Assembly: GCA_963780185.1 (NCBI GenBank) | Contig: CAWABA010000011.1 | Span: 192,001-256,000 of the forward strand | DNA: 64,000 nucleotides | Direction of reading: 5' to 3' | Source: Candidatus Bathyarchaeota archaeon | GTDB taxonomy: Archaea > Thermoproteota > Bathyarchaeia > Bathyarchaeales > Bathycorpusculaceae | Position numbers and translations under genes: made by a program | The notes under the pieces: generated by a model | Database searches by the model: none | Told to the model about the DNA's origin: nothing | Seen by the model: only the letters and a program-made list of their open reading frames with translations | In this document: piece by piece, positions 62,047 through 64,000 of the stretch | How the letters are laid out: every line of letters starts with the position of its first letter | Position numbering within the stretch: the stretch's first letter is position 1

Positions 62047-62847
62047 TTAGTGCGAGAATAGTTTCTCGTAGGGTCTCTTTGAGACGGGTAGTATCTTTTT
62101 GAATTTGTGCGCCATGATTTGGTTTGGGTCAGCGCCGAAGTGGCTGCAGTATTCTTTGACGAGGGCTTCAATGGTTTTGAGGTCCCGTTTTCCAGCATCT
62201 AACGTTTTGGTTCCTTTGACTGGCTCGAGGATTTCGCCGCGTTCATAGATGACTCCGCCATGCATTCCTGTGCCAACGAATCTTGCTTTGCATTTTTCGC
62301 CTTCTTTCAGGTTTAAGCCGAGGATAATCATTACTCCGCCCGCCATGTATTCTGCGAGGAAGTCACCTGCGGTTTGCCCGATGACGATCTGTGGGATTTT
62401 ACGTTGGTACTGCTTCATATGTATGCCGACGCGGTAGCCGACGTAGTCGCGGACAAAGATTTTCCCGCCACGCATCGAGTTACCTGTGACGTCGCCTGCG
62501 TGTCCATGGATGATGATTTGGCCTTCGTTCATGGTGTTGCCGCAGCCGTCCTGCGCGTTACCGTGGATTACCAGTTTGGGTCCGTTCATGAATGCGCCGA
62601 GGTCGTTTCCTGGGGTGCCGTAAACGTCGATTTGGGCGGTTGTTTCCAGGTCGGTGCCGATGTAGCGTTGCCCGCAGACGTTTTTGATTTCGATTCGCTC
62701 GATGCCGTCTGAGCCTATTGCCTGCCGCAAAAGAGCGTTCAGGTCTCGGTAGTAAAGTCCTTCTGCGTCCACTTGGAATACTTTGTCTTCCATCTTGATT
62801 CTGCCAAGGTATTTTTGGTCTATCTGCTGGGTTTTCTGTTCAAGCAT
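62047..62847 (-). CDS. Glutamate synthase GXGXG (domain 3) subunit
   Basis: GQRYIG, GTPGNDLGAFMNG, AEYMAGG, GMHGG. Confidence 0.92.
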   Translation of the reverse strand: MLEQKTQQIDQKYLGRIKMEDKVFQVDAEGLYYRDLNALLRQAIGSDGIERIEIKNVCGQRYIGTDLETTAQIDVYGTPGNDLGAFMNGPKLVIHGNAQDGCGNTMNEGQIIIHGHAGDVTGNSMRGGKIFVRDYVGYRVGIHMKQYQRKIPQIVIGQTAGDFLAEYMAGGVMIILGLNLKEGEKCKARFVGTGMHGGVIYERGEILEPVKGTKTLDAGKRDLKTIEALVKEYCSHFGADPNQIMAHKFKKILPVSKRPYEKLFSH

Positions 62848-62854
62848 GCTAACA

Positions 62855-64000
62855 TTACTCTCCTGCCAATTTCACTCCGAGGATTTTTGATTCAGCCCTC
62901 GATAACCCGACGCCTCTGAGCGCTAAACGGTTGCCCCGTAAGCTTTCGATGGCGTTTATGCCCATGCCGCCCATCATGTCTTTGATTTCGACGCTCCAAC
63001 TGTTAAGGAGGTTGACGAGGCGTTTGGATGCGATGTCGGGGTTGATGCGTTTGCTGATCCACGGGTCGCTAGTCGCGATTCCCCATGGACATTTGCCCGT
63101 GTAGCATTTCTGGCAGACCGTGCAGCCCATGGCGATGAGAGCAGCGGTTCCGATGTAGACCGCGTCAGCGCCTAACGCGATCGCTTTGAATACGTCCGCG
63201 CTGCCTCTTATGCCGCCTGCGATGACTACGGAGGCTTGGTTGCGAATGCCTTCTTCGCGGAGGCGTTGATCGACCTGTGCAAGAGCCAACTCGATGGGTA
63301 TGCCTACATTGTCACGGATCGTTTTCGGTGCAGCTCCTGTTGCACCTCGGACGCCGTCAAGCGCAATTATGTCTGCGCCTGCTCTGACCATGCCGCTTGC
63401 GATAGCCGCAGCGTTATGGACCGCCGCGATCTTCACGGAGATTGGTTTGGTGTAGTTGGTTGCTTCTTTGAGCGCGTAGATGAGTTGGCGTAGGTCTTCG
63501 ATTGAGTAGATGTCGTGTTGCGGATACGGTGAAAGCGCGTCGGTGCCTTCGGGTATCATGCGCGTTTTAGCGACGTTGGCGGTAACTTTTTCGCCTGGTA
63601 AGTGTCCGCCGATGCCGGGTTTTGCGCCTTGTCCGATCTTAATTTCGACGGCTGCCGCAATGTCCAGGTATTTGGGGTGGACGCCGAACCGTCCTGATGC
63701 GACTTGGACGATGGTGTGGGCTCCGTACTTGTAGAGTGATGTGTCTAAGCCGCCTTCACCCGTATTGAAGTAGGTGCCGCATTCCGTGGCTGCCCGCGCC
63801 AATGATTCATGAACGTTTAGGCTTATGGCGCCGTAGGACATGGCTGAGAACATGATCGGTGTGTCTAAGCGAAGCTGTGGTGTAAGCTGAGTCTTCAGAG
63901 TTGCCTCGCCGTTTTCCATCTCTATTTCAAGCTTGTCTGGTTTCGTGCCTAGGTAAGTGCGGATTTCCATCGGCTCCCGCAAGGGGTCAATCGATGGGTT
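62855..64000 (-). CDS. Glutamate synthase FMN-binding subunit; 5' end lies outside the window
   Basis: AMSYGA, NTGEGG, QVASGRFG, KIGQGAKPGIGGHLPG, CTVCQKCYTGKCPWGI. Confidence 0.95.
   Translation of the reverse strand, partial: NPSIDPLREPMEIRTYLGTKPDKLEIEMENGEATLKTQLTPQLRLDTPIMFSAMSYGAISLNVHESLARAATECGTYFNTGEGGLDTSLYKYGAHTIVQVASGRFGVHPKYLDIAAAVEIKIGQGAKPGIGGHLPGEKVTANVAKTRMIPEGTDALSPYPQHDIYSIEDLRQLIYALKEATNYTKPISVKIAAVHNAAAIASGMVRAGADIIALDGVRGATGAAPKTIRDNVGIPIELALAQVDQRLREEGIRNQASVVIAGGIRGSADVFKAIALGADAVYIGTAALIAMGCTVCQKCYTGKCPWGIATSDPWISKRINPDIASKRLVNLLNSWSVEIKDMMGGMGINAIESLRGNRLALRGVGLSRAESKILGVKLAGE

Noticed and set aside
238-63734. Numerous short overlapping ORFs in the track
   Set aside because: They are alternate-frame or antisense shadows of well-supported genes
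1-64000. CRISPR arrays, integrases, transposases, proviral genes
   Set aside because: No regularly spaced repeats or mobile-element motifs were seen

Overview
This is a dense archaeal chromosomal segment, probably from Bathyarchaeia (TACK). The assignment is inferred from the gene mix: eS25, eS26, eS1 and eS17 ribosomal proteins, an HMf-type histone plus Alba, tetraether synthase, CofD, class I LysRS and PAS/CHASE4 histidine kinases. Most of the window is housekeeping: translation, chaperonin, rpoK, pyrC, purB, Hel308, split glutamate synthase and one tRNA-Arg(GCG). A surface-glycosylation cluster of about 12 kb lies at 36.7-48.6 kb. I found no CRISPR array, integrase or transposase. Six genes carry single-base frameshifts, mostly in short homopolymers, which look like assembly errors. 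The most notable observation is a four-gene Fe-S/sulfur operon. It pairs an IscS homologue that has lost most PLP and substrate residues but kept its loop Cys with an IscU-type scaffold, an intact SufS and a small single-Cys protein. Other highlights: a divergent TrpY-like regulator/trpB2 pair with TGTACA boxes; an rpoK gene missed by the ORF track that has no canonical start codon; an SPFH/zinc-ribbon operon lacking PspA; a candidate C/D-box sRNA; and several unannotated small ORFs. All family assignments come from motif recognition by eye, not database searches.
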